DNA from: Oikopleura dioica
Lineage: Eukaryota; Animalia; Chordata
Length of the DNA stretch: 64,000 bases
Assembly (NCBI GenBank): GCA_907165135.1
Contig: OU015566.1
Location: 11,904,001-11,968,000 of the forward strand
Direction of reading: 5' to 3'
The notes beneath the pieces are model-generated. The model saw only the letters and a list, made by a program, of their open reading frames with translations, searched no databases and was not told the DNA's origin. The translations under genes and the position numbers were made by a program. This document shows positions 12,132 to 24,300 of the stretch, in pieces (the first letter of the stretch is position 1; every line of letters begins with the position of its first letter).

Positions 12132-12698
12132 GGGCAACAAAGGCAACAAGGGCAACAAAGGCAACAAGGGCAACAAAGGCAACATGTTGCCCTTGTTGCC
12201 ATTTTCAGGTTTTGAGCACTTGCGCCGATTTTGATTTGGCAGTTGTTGTTGTTTTTAAAAGCGCGTCTCTAGAATTGTTTTTTATGAATTCTTCTGCGTT
12301 CTACTTGGCTTAGTCTGGGAAATTCAAGAGGGCAACACACAGCAAAGACGAATTAAGTTAAATAAAATGATATTGTTGTGCAACGAATGGCATTCCGAAA
12401 TCAAATGACGACTTAAAAAACAACTAACTTCACTGTTTCACAATATTTAAAGGAGGTAACAATCAACGCTGTTGAGCACGCTGGGGGCCTGCGGCCCTTG
12501 CGCGCAAAACATGGTAGAGAACTCATTTTTGCAGGAGGCCAACTTTCTCTACTTTCGCGCTTTCATCTCTAGAAGATGTTGTTTTTCTAAGCGAAGGAAT
12601 GTTGCCATTTTCAGGTTTTGGAGACTTGAAGCTGTTTTTTTAGATGCCCTTGTTGCCTTTGTTGCCCCGTGTTGCCCTTGTTGGCATTTTCAGGTTTT
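12132..12698. repeat. 9-bp GGCAACAAR minisatellite arrays in both orientations
   Basis: Tandem GGCAACAAA/G at 12132-12186, palindrome GGCAACATGTTGCC, inverse copies at ~12645-12685, and CATTTTCAGGTTTT three times. Confidence 0.8.
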
Positions 12699-13254
12699 TC
12701 GAGTATACTGTATGCTCTATAATTTGCTACTAACAAATTGATAGATAAGGGTTTCAATTATTTCAAAAAGATTCTTTTAAGTTCGCAAAAGCGTTTTTAT
12801 ATCTAACAATTATGCTTTTTATCAGACAATTTTGTTGACTTTATTCATAAAATACCTTCTTAGTATCTTCTTAGTTTCTCACGTATTTATGGGCCAATAT
12901 GATATTGCCAATATTCTCATTTTTCATAAAATCAAAAAGTAGACGCGTCAAAAATATCCAAGACTATTGCAACTAATATTAAACTATTCACATGAGTACT
13001 CTTACAAATGGACAAATAGAAATGCAGTGTTGATGAAATCTTGTTTGAAATACCAATGTATATGAGGAAGTAAGTTATTATCATATTCAGGAATAAATAT
13101 GCTTATCCCTTGAGTAGTTGAAATAGTTGACTAGAAGATAAATTCTTCCAAACCTTCAACAGCGCCATCAGCGTTCCCATCCCACGTTTTAAACGAGAGT
13201 GCCTCTCTCACTCGTTCAAACTTTGATAGTAAAAAGTCGAAGAAATAACTCGAA

Positions 13255-13419
13255 ATGAAGTGCAATTTTTTACTTTCCCTTTCGCTACAAACGCTTGTTT
13301 TGATCGGCGGGGTAGGCGCTCAAAGCCCAAGCTACCAAGAATGCCTCAAAAACGCACATTGTCGACGACTTCTTGCCAGGCGACTTTCGAGAAGAAACGC
13401 TGGAAATATCTTCTGGTGA
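13255..13419 (+). CDS. Secreted cationic peptide precursor, copy 2 (54 aa)
   Basis: MKCNFLLSLSLQTLVLIGGVGAQSPSYQECLKNAHCRRLLARRLSRRNAGNIFW*: hydrophobic leader, C-x5-C and an Arg-rich helix. Upstream motifs are shared with copy 1. Confidence 0.65.
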   Translation: MKCNFLLSLSLQTLVLIGGVGAQSPSYQECLKNAHCRRLLARRLSRRNAGNIFW

Positions 13420-13645
13420 TCTTCGGTTCTATTTTTCTGTTTTAACAAAATCTGTTTATGCCCTTTGATGAAAATAAATCCGTTAAATAAAAACGTCTCT
13501 GATCCCAAATTTTCGAATTCTCATCCTTGATTTCAGCATCGTTTTTTGACAAAATGATAGGAAAAAATAAATTCAACTCATATTTTATTAATTAAAATGT
13601 GTTTAAAATCTAGATAAGTACAATAAGTACTATAAGCATTGAAAA

Positions 13646-15853
13646 CTAGACATCTTCGTTAGCAGCAAACGGAGCCATACTTGGCCTTCTTTCCGAACTC
13701 CTGTGGTGAATTTGGTGGCAAACCCTGAATTAAATTTTTAATGTGATGAGTTACTATTGTGATTTACAGCATTTCGTCTTCGTCAGAAGCGAATGGAGCC
13801 ATGGATGGATGATGAGCGCTTTTTCGATACAAACGAGTTGACATTCTATTTTGACGAGTTTCAATCTCTTCGTCTTCAGCGGTCTTGATGCCGAGGAATT
13901 TTACGAGGTACTGGATCGCGCCTCCTTGAATGATGGACGTAAACATGATGATGGCGATGCAGGTGGAGAGGAACTTGTGGATATGTGGGATTTCGGCAGT
14001 GTGGGTCAGCATTTTCGTCAAAGAAAAGGCGATTCCTCCTCGAAGTCCGCTCATCGCAATCATCATCTGATCGTTGTAGCAAATCTTATCGGTTCTTTTT
14101 CAGAGCTTTTTTTGTATTTAAGACCAAGTTTTTGACATGGCAGAAATACTGTAAATTCGTTCCACAATGACTAGCAGCCTATCTGATAATAAAAAGAGCC
14201 CTTTTCCTGAAATAATTGAGCAGATAGGTAAGACCATATGTTGCGACGAATCTATACATGAGAACCGTAATCAGCGTAAAGAAAAACAATCCAGTATTCC
14301 AGTGAGCTTGGAAATCAACGAGGAATTCTTCGACAACGGTGATTCCAAGGAAGATGAAGATCACGTGCTCAGCGATATTCGCAAGCATTCTCAATAATGC
14401 TTCCGTGACGATTTGGGTGTTTTCGTCGACTTCAGTTTTTATTCGTTGCTTTTTAAAAGGGATTTAGAATGTTGTCAAAAGAGTTTTGTTTATGTTGATC
14501 GATTGACAATTTAATGTGATGAATTTTAGTCCCAGCCTTGAGCGTAAACGAGCAAAAAATGATGGATAAAATGGCAGAGAGCCCAAGCAACTCTGCAAGC
14601 AAGTAAGAGGTGTAGCAAAATATAACGACAAGGAGCGGCTCCACGATGCGTAGTTTTTTCGTGAACTTGAAGGTAAACGAGGCTCAGCTTGTGTTCCCGG
14701 AGGTCAATCAGGACCACACCCTGGATGAATTATTTTTATATCAAGACGATTTATGACTATTCTATGGTGTCATGTAAACAAATAAATTAAAGCCAACATG
14801 CGTCTGAAAATTGTGGGAGCACATTCCTACATATCCATAGACGAATCCGAGAATCGTCCCACCGCCAGCTACGATGGCAAATTTGAGGAAGACTCGAACC
14901 AAATTGAGTTCAAGATGCAACTCGTCCAGCCCCAAAAAGCTTTCGAAGACTTCAAACAGCACGACAGCGACTCCATCATTCAAAATAGACTCTCCAAAGA
15001 CTGTAATCTAAGCTTGGGTCACATCTTATTATCATTTCTAGCAAATATCAGACAGATCGTTGACCCTCTCGTAAAGAACCGCGTGCACGTGGATTTCGTT
15101 AAATACAGCAATCACTGTAACTGGATCGACAGCACTCATGATCGAGCCGAAAAGTAGAAACTCACGTGCCCCAAGATCTAAAGTTTTAGTTAAGACAAGC
15201 CAATAAATTGCTGTCTGTTCAGTACCTCCTTCTTCGTCGTCTAGTCCGGGCATCCATCCTAAGACAAATGCGGCGTAGAGGGTGAATCCAATGGCGATGG
15301 CGTTGAAAATTGTTCCAGCAACAGCGAAAGTCAAAATTGTTCCAATATTTTCCAAAAAATCCTGATTGCGATGTTGGTCAAAAGAAAAAAAAGCACAAGT
15401 CACCTTTTTGGGAAGAAAGTAGCCAGCTTCGAGCATAATGGGTGGCAAGAAGAATGTAAAGAAAATCGTTGGTGTGAAAAGATGCTCCGCTATTTCCTTT
15501 CTAAAAGAAGACAAAATCACTGGAGTAGAACAAGAAAAAGTACTTGCCCATAAATAGCATAGTGAAATTCTCCTATTATGCAGCCAATGACGATTAGCAA
15601 AACGCATTCTGGTAAACTTTTGAAGTATTTATTGACCTTATAAAAAATAATTTTTGAGAAGCCAGCGACCATGATGACGGTGCAGGCTAACAAAGGTACT
15701 TGAACATCATCCCAGTGAATATTTATAAGCTTTTAGGAGGATAAATCATTGTCAGTTAGTCGACTGTACTAATTGAATTAACAAATTTAAACTTCTTCCC
15801 GGTATAATAGTCTTAACTTCATGATCATCATCGTGTTCTGAAGCGACTGTCAT
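13646..15853 (-). CDS. Sodium/hydrogen exchanger (SLC9A/NHE family)
   Basis: FFTFFLPPIMLEAGYFLPK, FLLFGSIMSAVDPVTVIAVFNEIHV, NDGVAVVLF, YLLAELLGLSAILSIIFC and MSGLRGGIAFSL; more than 10 short introns. Confidence 0.93.
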
Positions 15854-17038
15854 TCTCTTTTATTTTCCGCTTTCTCTTGATTTTATGGTTCTGTCGACAG
15901 AAAAGATTTGACCAGCAACTCTGATTAGATTTTCAATTTTACGAGTCTTTCAGCAGAGAACAACAAGGAAAGAATCTCACAATGGATCACTGATATCTTC
16001 CATTTGGTATCCCAAATTGGTAAGCAACAGATTCTTCGAAATTAATACTAAAAAATCAAATCTCTTACGAAAGAAAATATAAGTTATAATTGAGTTGAAA
16101 TGGGGAGAGACTAATCCTTTTGATGGCCAGAGTCTGACCCAACTAACCGATTGTACAGAACTTGTCTGTAGTAAAATAGGTGGTGGTCTAAACTTGACCA
16201 GAATAATAAATTATCATGCGCGTAAAGTGAAGTGTTATTGGAGTTACAGTGTGCGATTTATTTGATTTATAGAAACGGACGACAGAGTAAATTCAAGCGC
16301 GCAGGCTAGATAAATTGCAGTGCGCGTTTTCAGCGGCACGATAATTCTATTTTTGACGGAAGCACTATTTTAACGAAAAAAAAGATGCCACTATATCACG
16401 ACCCAGAAGAGATGGATATTGATCAGACAAGGAAAGGGTTTTTATAACAAAAAATAATGAGTTATTTAAAAATTCAGAAATTATAAAAAAGCAATTATGA
16501 AAATAGAGCCCTATAAGAACCCAGATAATAAGAGATCTCCACAAAAATTACGACAACACCACCTATTGAAAAACCCTTTTCTTCTAACTATTTTGTTGAT
16601 GACAGGCTGTTATTAATATAATCATCTTTTTCTACCTTCAGTCTGTTTGCTTTCTTTATTTGCAGGCGCAGGAAAGGCGATTTTCTATTTACAGAGAATT
16701 AAAAAGCTCAAAAGAAACTCACACGCCCCGGGAAAGCCTTCCAACAATAAAACTAAATTACATAATGTCACTTCCCAGCAGTAAAGATCAGCAGAAATCT
16801 CAAAAACATTTGCTCGCTATAACCAATGCTAAGGTCACGGGTTTCTATTTCCCAAAGTGAAATGTTTGCGCTTGAAAAATATGATTTCCATGGAAATTGA
16901 GAAAAGCTAGTCTGCTTTATCATACTAACCAGGCTCTTTGTTTTCTTTCGGTAATCCGTTGCTGATTATTTTTAATTGTTTGTGTAATTAAATAATAAAA
17001 TATTTCAGAACCCTGGGCTCAGTAAAACGAGATTCTCA

Positions 17039-17640
17039 ATGCCGCTCCATCACTCGGAAGAGATGGATATCCGGGAAAGATCAAGACTACGGAGAGAAAG
17101 CGAGAGGGAGCAGCAACGCCAGAGAAGGAAAGAGTCTTTCGAACGAATAAGAATTTCTTCTTCTTGAAAATTGACAGTCGTAAAATGAAACTCCAGAATA
17201 GAGAAAGCGAGCGAGAAAGACAACAGCAGCGTGAAGAAGAACGACGAGAACGGCTTCGAGAACAGCAGCTTGAAAATTTACATCGAGAAAGATGTAATTT
17301 TGAATAACTGTTCATCTGTTCTGTTCAATTTCGATTCTTACGACGTAGGGCTTATGTTGTTTGATGAGATTTCCTTCACTTTTGACCATCTTTGATTTAT
17401 TTGTTTTATTTTAAGGATTTTCAGCACTTGTCGAAATGAATTCTGCAGAAAGAAGACAACAGCAGGAAAGTTTTTCAGAAACTTAGTTGGCAAGTGCTGA
17501 ATGAAATTTCATCTCGAAAAGGCTTAAAAGAAAGAACAAGAGCAAGAACGGCGACGACAACAGGAAGAAGACCGTCGAGAACGGGAACGAGAACGACGAG
17601 AACGAGAGCGCGAACGGCGAAATCAGCTTCAAAATCTGCA
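17039..17640 (+). repeat. Three degenerate copies of a Glu/Arg/Gln-rich coiled-coil-like sequence (probable decayed gene)
   Basis: GAACGACGAGAACG...CAGCTT(G/C)AAAAT recurs at ~17240 and ~17590-17640. The MPLHHSEEMDI start at 17039 resembles MPLYHDPEEMDI at 16385. Stops interrupt all frames. Confidence 0.45.
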
Positions 17641-18386
17641 TAAAAACTATCATAATTGCTGATGAATAACTGCTCGAAATTTTACTGCAAACACTACTTA
17701 TATCGATGATATATTCCCCGTATATTCACTAATAAACCTTCTCCTGACACCAACGTAAGGACGATACGATTATCAAAGTTCTGTCAATCAGGGCTCTTAG
17801 ATTCAGATAATGAACGCGGAAGGAAATGTCTGAAGTGTCCATTATTCTGAGACAAAACTCATAAGCAGGCCTCAAAGAACCAATCTTTCGAATAACGTTC
17901 TTTTCGATGGTTGAACTCGAAGCCTTGAAGTCAAAAACACCTTTGTTAGTTTTTATTGCGCACTTGGGCTCTCAAAGTATAAAATTAACGTTTTTGCGCC
18001 ACCTTGAAGGCGTTTAAAACGAGCGAAACTCGCTCTTATCTGTCCAAAATATTTTTCCAAGAGAAAAGGTAAGAATTTTCACAAGAAAAAATCGGTTTTC
18101 TAAATCTCTCTGACTTTAAATGAACGATGATATTTTTAGACAACGAAAGGCTGATGAATATTGCTAGAATTCGAATGCAACCAGGCGGATCCCGAAACGA
18201 TGGGGACATCCACAAGGGAAATAACTGCGGAAAATGATTTTGACGTGAGGCTCATGTTATTTTCATTCAATCCCATAACTACACTTCCCCTTTATTCGGC
18301 CTGTTATTAAATTAGTAATAAATTTGATCTCCCTGTGTTTTTCTTTTTTTTTTGAAAAATTGTCAGCATATAATAAACGTCAGACC

Positions 18387-19474
18387 CAGGGTTCTAAATC
18401 TGAGCCCAAAATCAAAAGTCGAGTCGAGTCGAGTCGCTAGTCACTCAAAAAATCCCTAGTCGAGTCGAGTCGAGTCGAAAGACTTTGTGAAACTCCTAAG
18501 TCGAGTCGAGTCGAGTCGAGTCGACTAATTCGACTAATTAGTCGAAAAGTCGAAAATTTTGTAAAAAATAAGAAATTAAGTCGAAGAAGTCGAAACGAAG
18601 TCGAAAAAGTCGAAAAAGTCGAAAGTCGAATAAAAAGTCGAAAAGTCGAGATCAGAAAAATTTATTACTAAATAGTAAGGATATATTTATCAAACTATTT
18701 TAATGACGTTCTTCTTTCCACAATTTATGACGAAAGGCTGGGTAAGCGGAGTGATTTTCTAAATAATAAGAAATATGATATCTTCAGAAAATTCTTACTA
18801 TTTTTTTGATGCTTCAGATGTTCCAAAGGCTTGAGTTTTGAGTCCTTTTCGCGCAGCGATTTTTTTCAAGGCCTCTTTGAAGCGACCATGTTCCGCTGTT
18901 TGTTGTTTCTTTTCTATATGGGCTGCTTTTTGATTATGAAAAATTGTTCCCATTTGGTACGACAAGCAACTGAACTCTCGCTCAGCTTCGTTTGAGGATG
19001 ATGGCAAGCGGCCGATCTACTTTATATTTAAATTTTGAAAATTAATTAAATTTACCTTTCCAGCAATTTTCATGTTGCCTTCGACTAAAGCGGCGAGAAA
19101 ATGATGCTTGCGCGATGCTCATTTCTAAAGTCTAGAAAAGTCAGTTTACAAAATCTAGAAAAGATTTGAGTTCTTTGCCGAATGTTTTCGACTTTTCAAA
19201 TCGACTTATTCGACTAAATTTTCGACTTTTTCGACTTTTTCGACTTGATTTTCGACTTTTTCGACTTGATTTTCGACTTTTTCGACTACATCTATAACTT
19301 CTTTTTCGACTTATTCGACTAGTCGAAATTAAGTCGACATATTTAAGATTTTCTAGTCGAGTCGAGTCGACTTTTTCTCACAAGCAACCAAGTCGAGTCG
19401 AGCTAGTCTTTTCGACTAAGACTCGACTCGACTTCGACTTTAGTCGAAACTCGACTAGTCGATTTAGAACCCTG
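18387..19474 (-). mobile_element. Internally deleted hAT DNA transposon
   Basis: 14-bp TIR CAGGGTTCTAAATC and 8-bp TSD GTCAGACC (18379-18386, 19475-19482). Dense subterminal AGTCG/CGACT pentamers at both ends. The minus-strand remnant LPSSSNEAEREFS resembles the hAT dimerization motif P-x-SS-x2-ER-x-FS. Confidence 0.9.
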
Positions 19475-19622
19475 GTCAGACCATTTAATCGAAAACCCAG
19501 CAAGCCTTACCTTATTTGTCCGTTAACAGAGCAGTATACTTAGGTTTTATTACTTAGGTTTTGCCGGTCGAATATAAATAAAGATTTTCAAATTCTCATA
19601 GATCATAGATTTTTATTAGAAG

Positions 19623-20234
19623 TCATGGTACAAAAGATAAAACAGCGCAAATAAATACCAGTCCCATTTGAAGAGTGCACAAGATGTAGCTGAAGCAATA
19701 AATAAACCCTAAGTCAGAAATATTTTTCTATCTTACCTTGTTCCATAAGAAAAATCTTCGCCCAAGTACTTGATCGGGTCGATCGAACTTATTGCGCCCA
19801 CCGTAAAAACTACTCAAAGTCTATTAGCAAACGCTAACCAAAATTAGCTGTTGTACCTGAAAAAGTGAAAGATGTAATGAAAGCGCTTCCAATGCCACTA
19901 GCTCGGCTTTGATCGCCCTTGAATGCCTTGAGCAGCGAGAAAACAGTAGCTGCCAGTAAAATGAGCACGTTTGTCAGTTGAAAGCCACGAACTGCCTCTA
20001 GTCCCTTGTATCCTTCGTACTCCCCGATAGAAATTGCTTTCTTTTCGTCGGAGATCTTCACTGACCAGATTCCGTGACTGCCTTTTTCGGAATTCCACCA
20101 AGCCTCGCTAGAGACCGCGGAAAGAGCAAACACGAAGCTTGCGGCCCCAAGAGCCGCAACGGCATGCTAAATCCGTTATTACATTGAATCTCTTTCTGCT
20201 CACTTACTGGAGTAAATCTCTTTATATCCATCAT
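19623..20234 (-). CDS. PMP22/EMP/claudin-like four-TM protein
   Basis: Spliced product MMDIKRFTPHAVAALGAASFVFALSAVSSEAWW...HGIWS...LEAVRGFQLTNVLILL...FSYGTSYILCTLQMGLVFICAVLSFVP*, with W-x-GIW, AVR-x-F and YG-x-SY motifs. Confidence 0.7.
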
Positions 20235-21318
20235 TCTTCCTAAAAAGAGGCTGAAACTCTGGAAAAGCTGAATAACCTAAGGCAGCCCGGGCGAGGTCAA
20301 GCGTAAATTAACGACTTTCATTCGTCATCACTTGTTCCTTTGTTTTTTTATTCTACTAAAGTTTTCACAAGTTCTGAGCTCTAGCTCGGAGTTCATTTAG
20401 GTACTCTCGTTCTAGTAGCTCAGAAATGCTTCGAAAGGTTTTTTGGAACGTGTCTTAGATAAAATAATATGACTTGAGCAAAATGACGATTTGATTAGTT
20501 TATAAAATATCATATTGAGCAACACTATATTTATGATTATATCCATCCACAGAGCTCAATCTTAATTTGTTTTCTTGCTTCTTCATCCACGTTTGCCAGC
20601 TTGTGGGATTGATTGGAGAGATTATTGATAAGTCCAATCGAATAAAGTTAATCCTGGTAACCTGGTAAACTTTAATCCATCGTTTATCCACCATTTGTTG
20701 AGCGTCACCAGCGATTTCTTTCAAAACCAGCCATCATCAAAATAATCGTTGTAATTATTTGCATTGAAAAAATCGGTTCGCTGAAACAGCGTGAAAAAGC
20801 AAGTGAAAAAATTTCGCAGGCCGCTCCGGGTTAATCATGTTTGGCAGATGCTGACAGGGAGCCATGTGAAGAAGCTTAGCATAATTTATCTGATAAAGGA
20901 ACTGCTTGCGGCCATTTCGGGAGCCCATGACAGCTACAAACAGGATCCCTAGAATGTTCGGGAGAAACGTTACAAGGCTGCAATTTATGACTTGTACTAA
21001 CGGAAATAAAAACTATTCGCCTCATAAAAGATGAAATAAGCCTCATTAAATGTTATTTATTTCGTCACAATATAACATAAAAAGTCATTATCGTGCCGTC
21101 AGATCCGCAGTGCGGAAGATAAAACCGAAGATAAAAATTGACTTAAATAAGCACTTGTTTTGACCGCAGATAACGGAGTCTAGCCCTTACCCCTGGGCGT
21201 TCCATGAAAAGCAGAAGAGAAACTGCAGTGTCGTAAAGAGAGCGTAACTAGAATTGGTGGCGCCCTTCGAAAGGCGAATATTGGCTTCTGAAAATTTTCA
21301 GGATTCGGCCTCAGAATC

Positions 21319-24300
21319 ATGTCAACCTGGCGAGAGATTTTTGCCAGTTTGGCCATTCTTACAGGGGTGCAGGCCACCCTTGATGGACCAAGACTAGAGC
21401 CACCGGATCCGATCGTCAGAGATGGAGACACTATCAAGTTCTGGGTAAGTTTATACTTCGCGTTCTTTAATTATCATAGAGTTTTCTATTGAACAATTTA
21501 TAATGACTTGACTACAGTCAAGACAAAAATATACCCCGTTCAATCTAAAAACCTTGAAAACCAGAAAGAAAAAAACTAAATTGCAAATTGTGTAAAAATA
21601 ATTTTAGGGATCCAACCTGGAATTACTTGGAGAATACAACATGGACATGCAATTTGTTTTGCATGAAAGTGTCGAAATCATTTTCCAACCCGTTGAAGAG
21701 AGCTTTGACGATCCACCAACTTGTACCGACCTATCAATCGAAGAAACTGACCCGTTTTACCCTCAGCGAGAAGCACTCGACTACCCCTACTTTCTTCAAT
21801 GTACAGCGACAGGAATCAAAGAAGGCCAAGAATATGACCTTCGAATCCTTTACGATATCCCTGGTGTGCCAGCCTACGAGCCTTGCGAAGTTGATCCTGC
21901 AGAAGATCTTGATCCGATGCTCCAAATAGACGAGGACTGGATGATGGCACCTCAAGGTAACACTGGAGTCTCGACCTGCTATTCAATCAGAGGCATCGAA
22001 GCCGAAGAGCTTACACGAGAAGAGCTTCTGGCAGAGATTCGTTCAAAAAACGCAGATGAGGGAGCTAGAGAACGTCGATCTGGCTCCCCAAGTATCTCGT
22101 CCATCGTACCTAGCAGCGGTTCAATCCTCGGGCAGCAACTCATCACCATTGTTGGTCACAATCTTGCTTCTAACAAGCTCAATATTCCCGGTGCCAACCC
22201 TGACGAAAGCTCCCCAGATGGAGACGACTACGTTGTCTGGTTTGAGAAGGCTGGCGAAACGCCAAAATTCTGCGTCTTCGACAGACAGTTGACTCTTCTA
22301 GCCCGTCACGTTGGGAATCACGAGTTCATTCTTTGCCGTACGCCAGCTGTGCATCGAGAGGGATGGTGGAGAATGAAACTCATTATTGACGGTGGAGAAA
22401 CTATAACTGGACCTCAAATGAGATTCGAGGTCAATTACGGACCGACAATTACCTGGGCTACTCCATACCTTTCTTCGCCAGCGGCGCATCCAGATGAGGA
22501 ATACCTCGAGGAACGAACCTTCTGGTCGATGTGGATAGATCTTGACACAAATAACAACGGGGACGAAGATGAACGATTTTATAGGCATCACAGAGATAGA
22601 AAACTTTACTTAGCTCCAGCTTGCCGCTCACCTATCGACTGGGAAGTTTTCGACAAAAACAACAACCAAACATTTGTCCAGTCAGTCAACTTCAACTCGG
22701 ACGGGCTTCCGCGTGCACAGACGTTCAACCTCAAAGAGGGTTTCGATTGCACTGACAGCGCGCAAACAGAGACATTAAGTGAAATCGCTATGTGCCCAGA
22801 TGTTAAAATCCGATACCTTTGCTCCGAAAATGCTATTGACTTCCAAGGACGACTCTACACGGTGAATTTCAATGCAGTCGACGATGGAAACGATGAGGAT
22901 CCCAACAGAATGTTTTTCCAGCCCCGATTCATCTCTGAAGACGGTCTCAATATGGGTGAATGTGAGATCTCAATTAAGAAAGACGAATCATCAGAAATCG
23001 AGCTCTTCCGGCAGATTACAAGTGGCAATAACGGTATTCTCCGATGCCTCGCAAGAGTTGAAGAGCCGGGCCAGTACAACTTTACCTACACAACACAAAA
23101 TGAGGGAGCATCTGTGAACTCTAGAAACTTCAATAACGTGCTTGGGAACGCAAATCTTGATCCTTTTAACTTCGAAATCTATCCAATGATTCGCTCGGTT
23201 CATCCAAACATCGGCTCAGCTGAAGGTGGCACCGTGATAACAATCACTGGAACTGGATTTTCGAGCACGCTTGGTGAGACAGCCGTTGAACTTGGTGGAA
23301 AATCGTGTAAAATTTTGACGCATTCTGCTACGGAGATTACCTGCGTGACAAGTAAAGTGGAGTCCCATAAGCGAAAATTCAACTGGAGCCCGATGCCAGA
23401 TGGAACCAACGATTGCCCAGGAAATGACATTTTTGGTTATCACTACACTCCTAATCAGATGTTTTGCCGAGCGCACTGTGAGGAAGAAGGAGGTTGTAGC
23501 CATTATATTTACGATCCTGTTGATGGAAGATGTTGGCTCAAAAGAAACACCCCCACATGCGGATATTACGGAGGAAAAGATCATCTCGTCGGCGAAATCG
23601 CGCTTGACATGGAGAGTACAAATGCAATTAAAACGACGCGATGCAGATGGGGAAAGGGAGCCGGCTATCAGGGTACCCTTGCTGTCGACAAAAACGGAGA
23701 TGCCTGTCAACCAGGCACTTATTGTAGAAATGAGGATGGTCTCTATGCTCTCCCAAGCTGCAATTCAACTGCTTCAAACACCATCGTCGAGTGCCAGATT
23801 ATAAATTGCGAGCGAGTTGGAGAATATCCCGGTAGTCGAGGATCAACTGTTAGATACGTACCTGATCAAAACGCATATACGTACGGACATGGCGCTTTCA
23901 ATCGCGAGTTTGAACCAGCAAATTTTGAAATAATCGATTCTTCGTATTTTTCGGGCTCCGAAAAATGGAAATGGACCGGTCAATTTAATCGAGAAGGCTA
24001 TTCAGCAAGAAATCAATTCTACTTTGAAGTCCCTCAGACTGGCTGGTACAGAATTATCTTCTCACATGATGATGATGCTCAATTATTGAGAATCAATGAA
24101 GACGGGTCCTACGAAACTCTTTACCATTACGGCGCCTGGAGTGATCTTTTCAACTATGCCGCTCGAGGACACAACCAGCAAACGAAAGACTTGTACTTGG
24201 AAAAAGGAAGTAAACAATTGTTCGAATACAACTTCAGAGAAGGTTGGGGTGGCGATCATGCTTCAATGGGTTTGCAATGGCTTGGTGACTTCAAGAACGG

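Noticed and set aside
11765-12234. Possible BCS1-like AAA ATPase remnant (EISEKFAANLAPQMSP)
   Set aside because: No Walker A/B motifs were found and the similarity is too short to support.
11995-12313. ORFs with NKG or ATK tripeptide repeats
   Set aside because: They are translations of the GGCAACAAR minisatellite.
18420-19460. AGTCG repeat arrays as CRISPR or satellite
   Set aside because: Eukaryotic context, no spacers, and the arrays lie inside TIRs and an 8-bp TSD, so they are hAT subterminal repeats.
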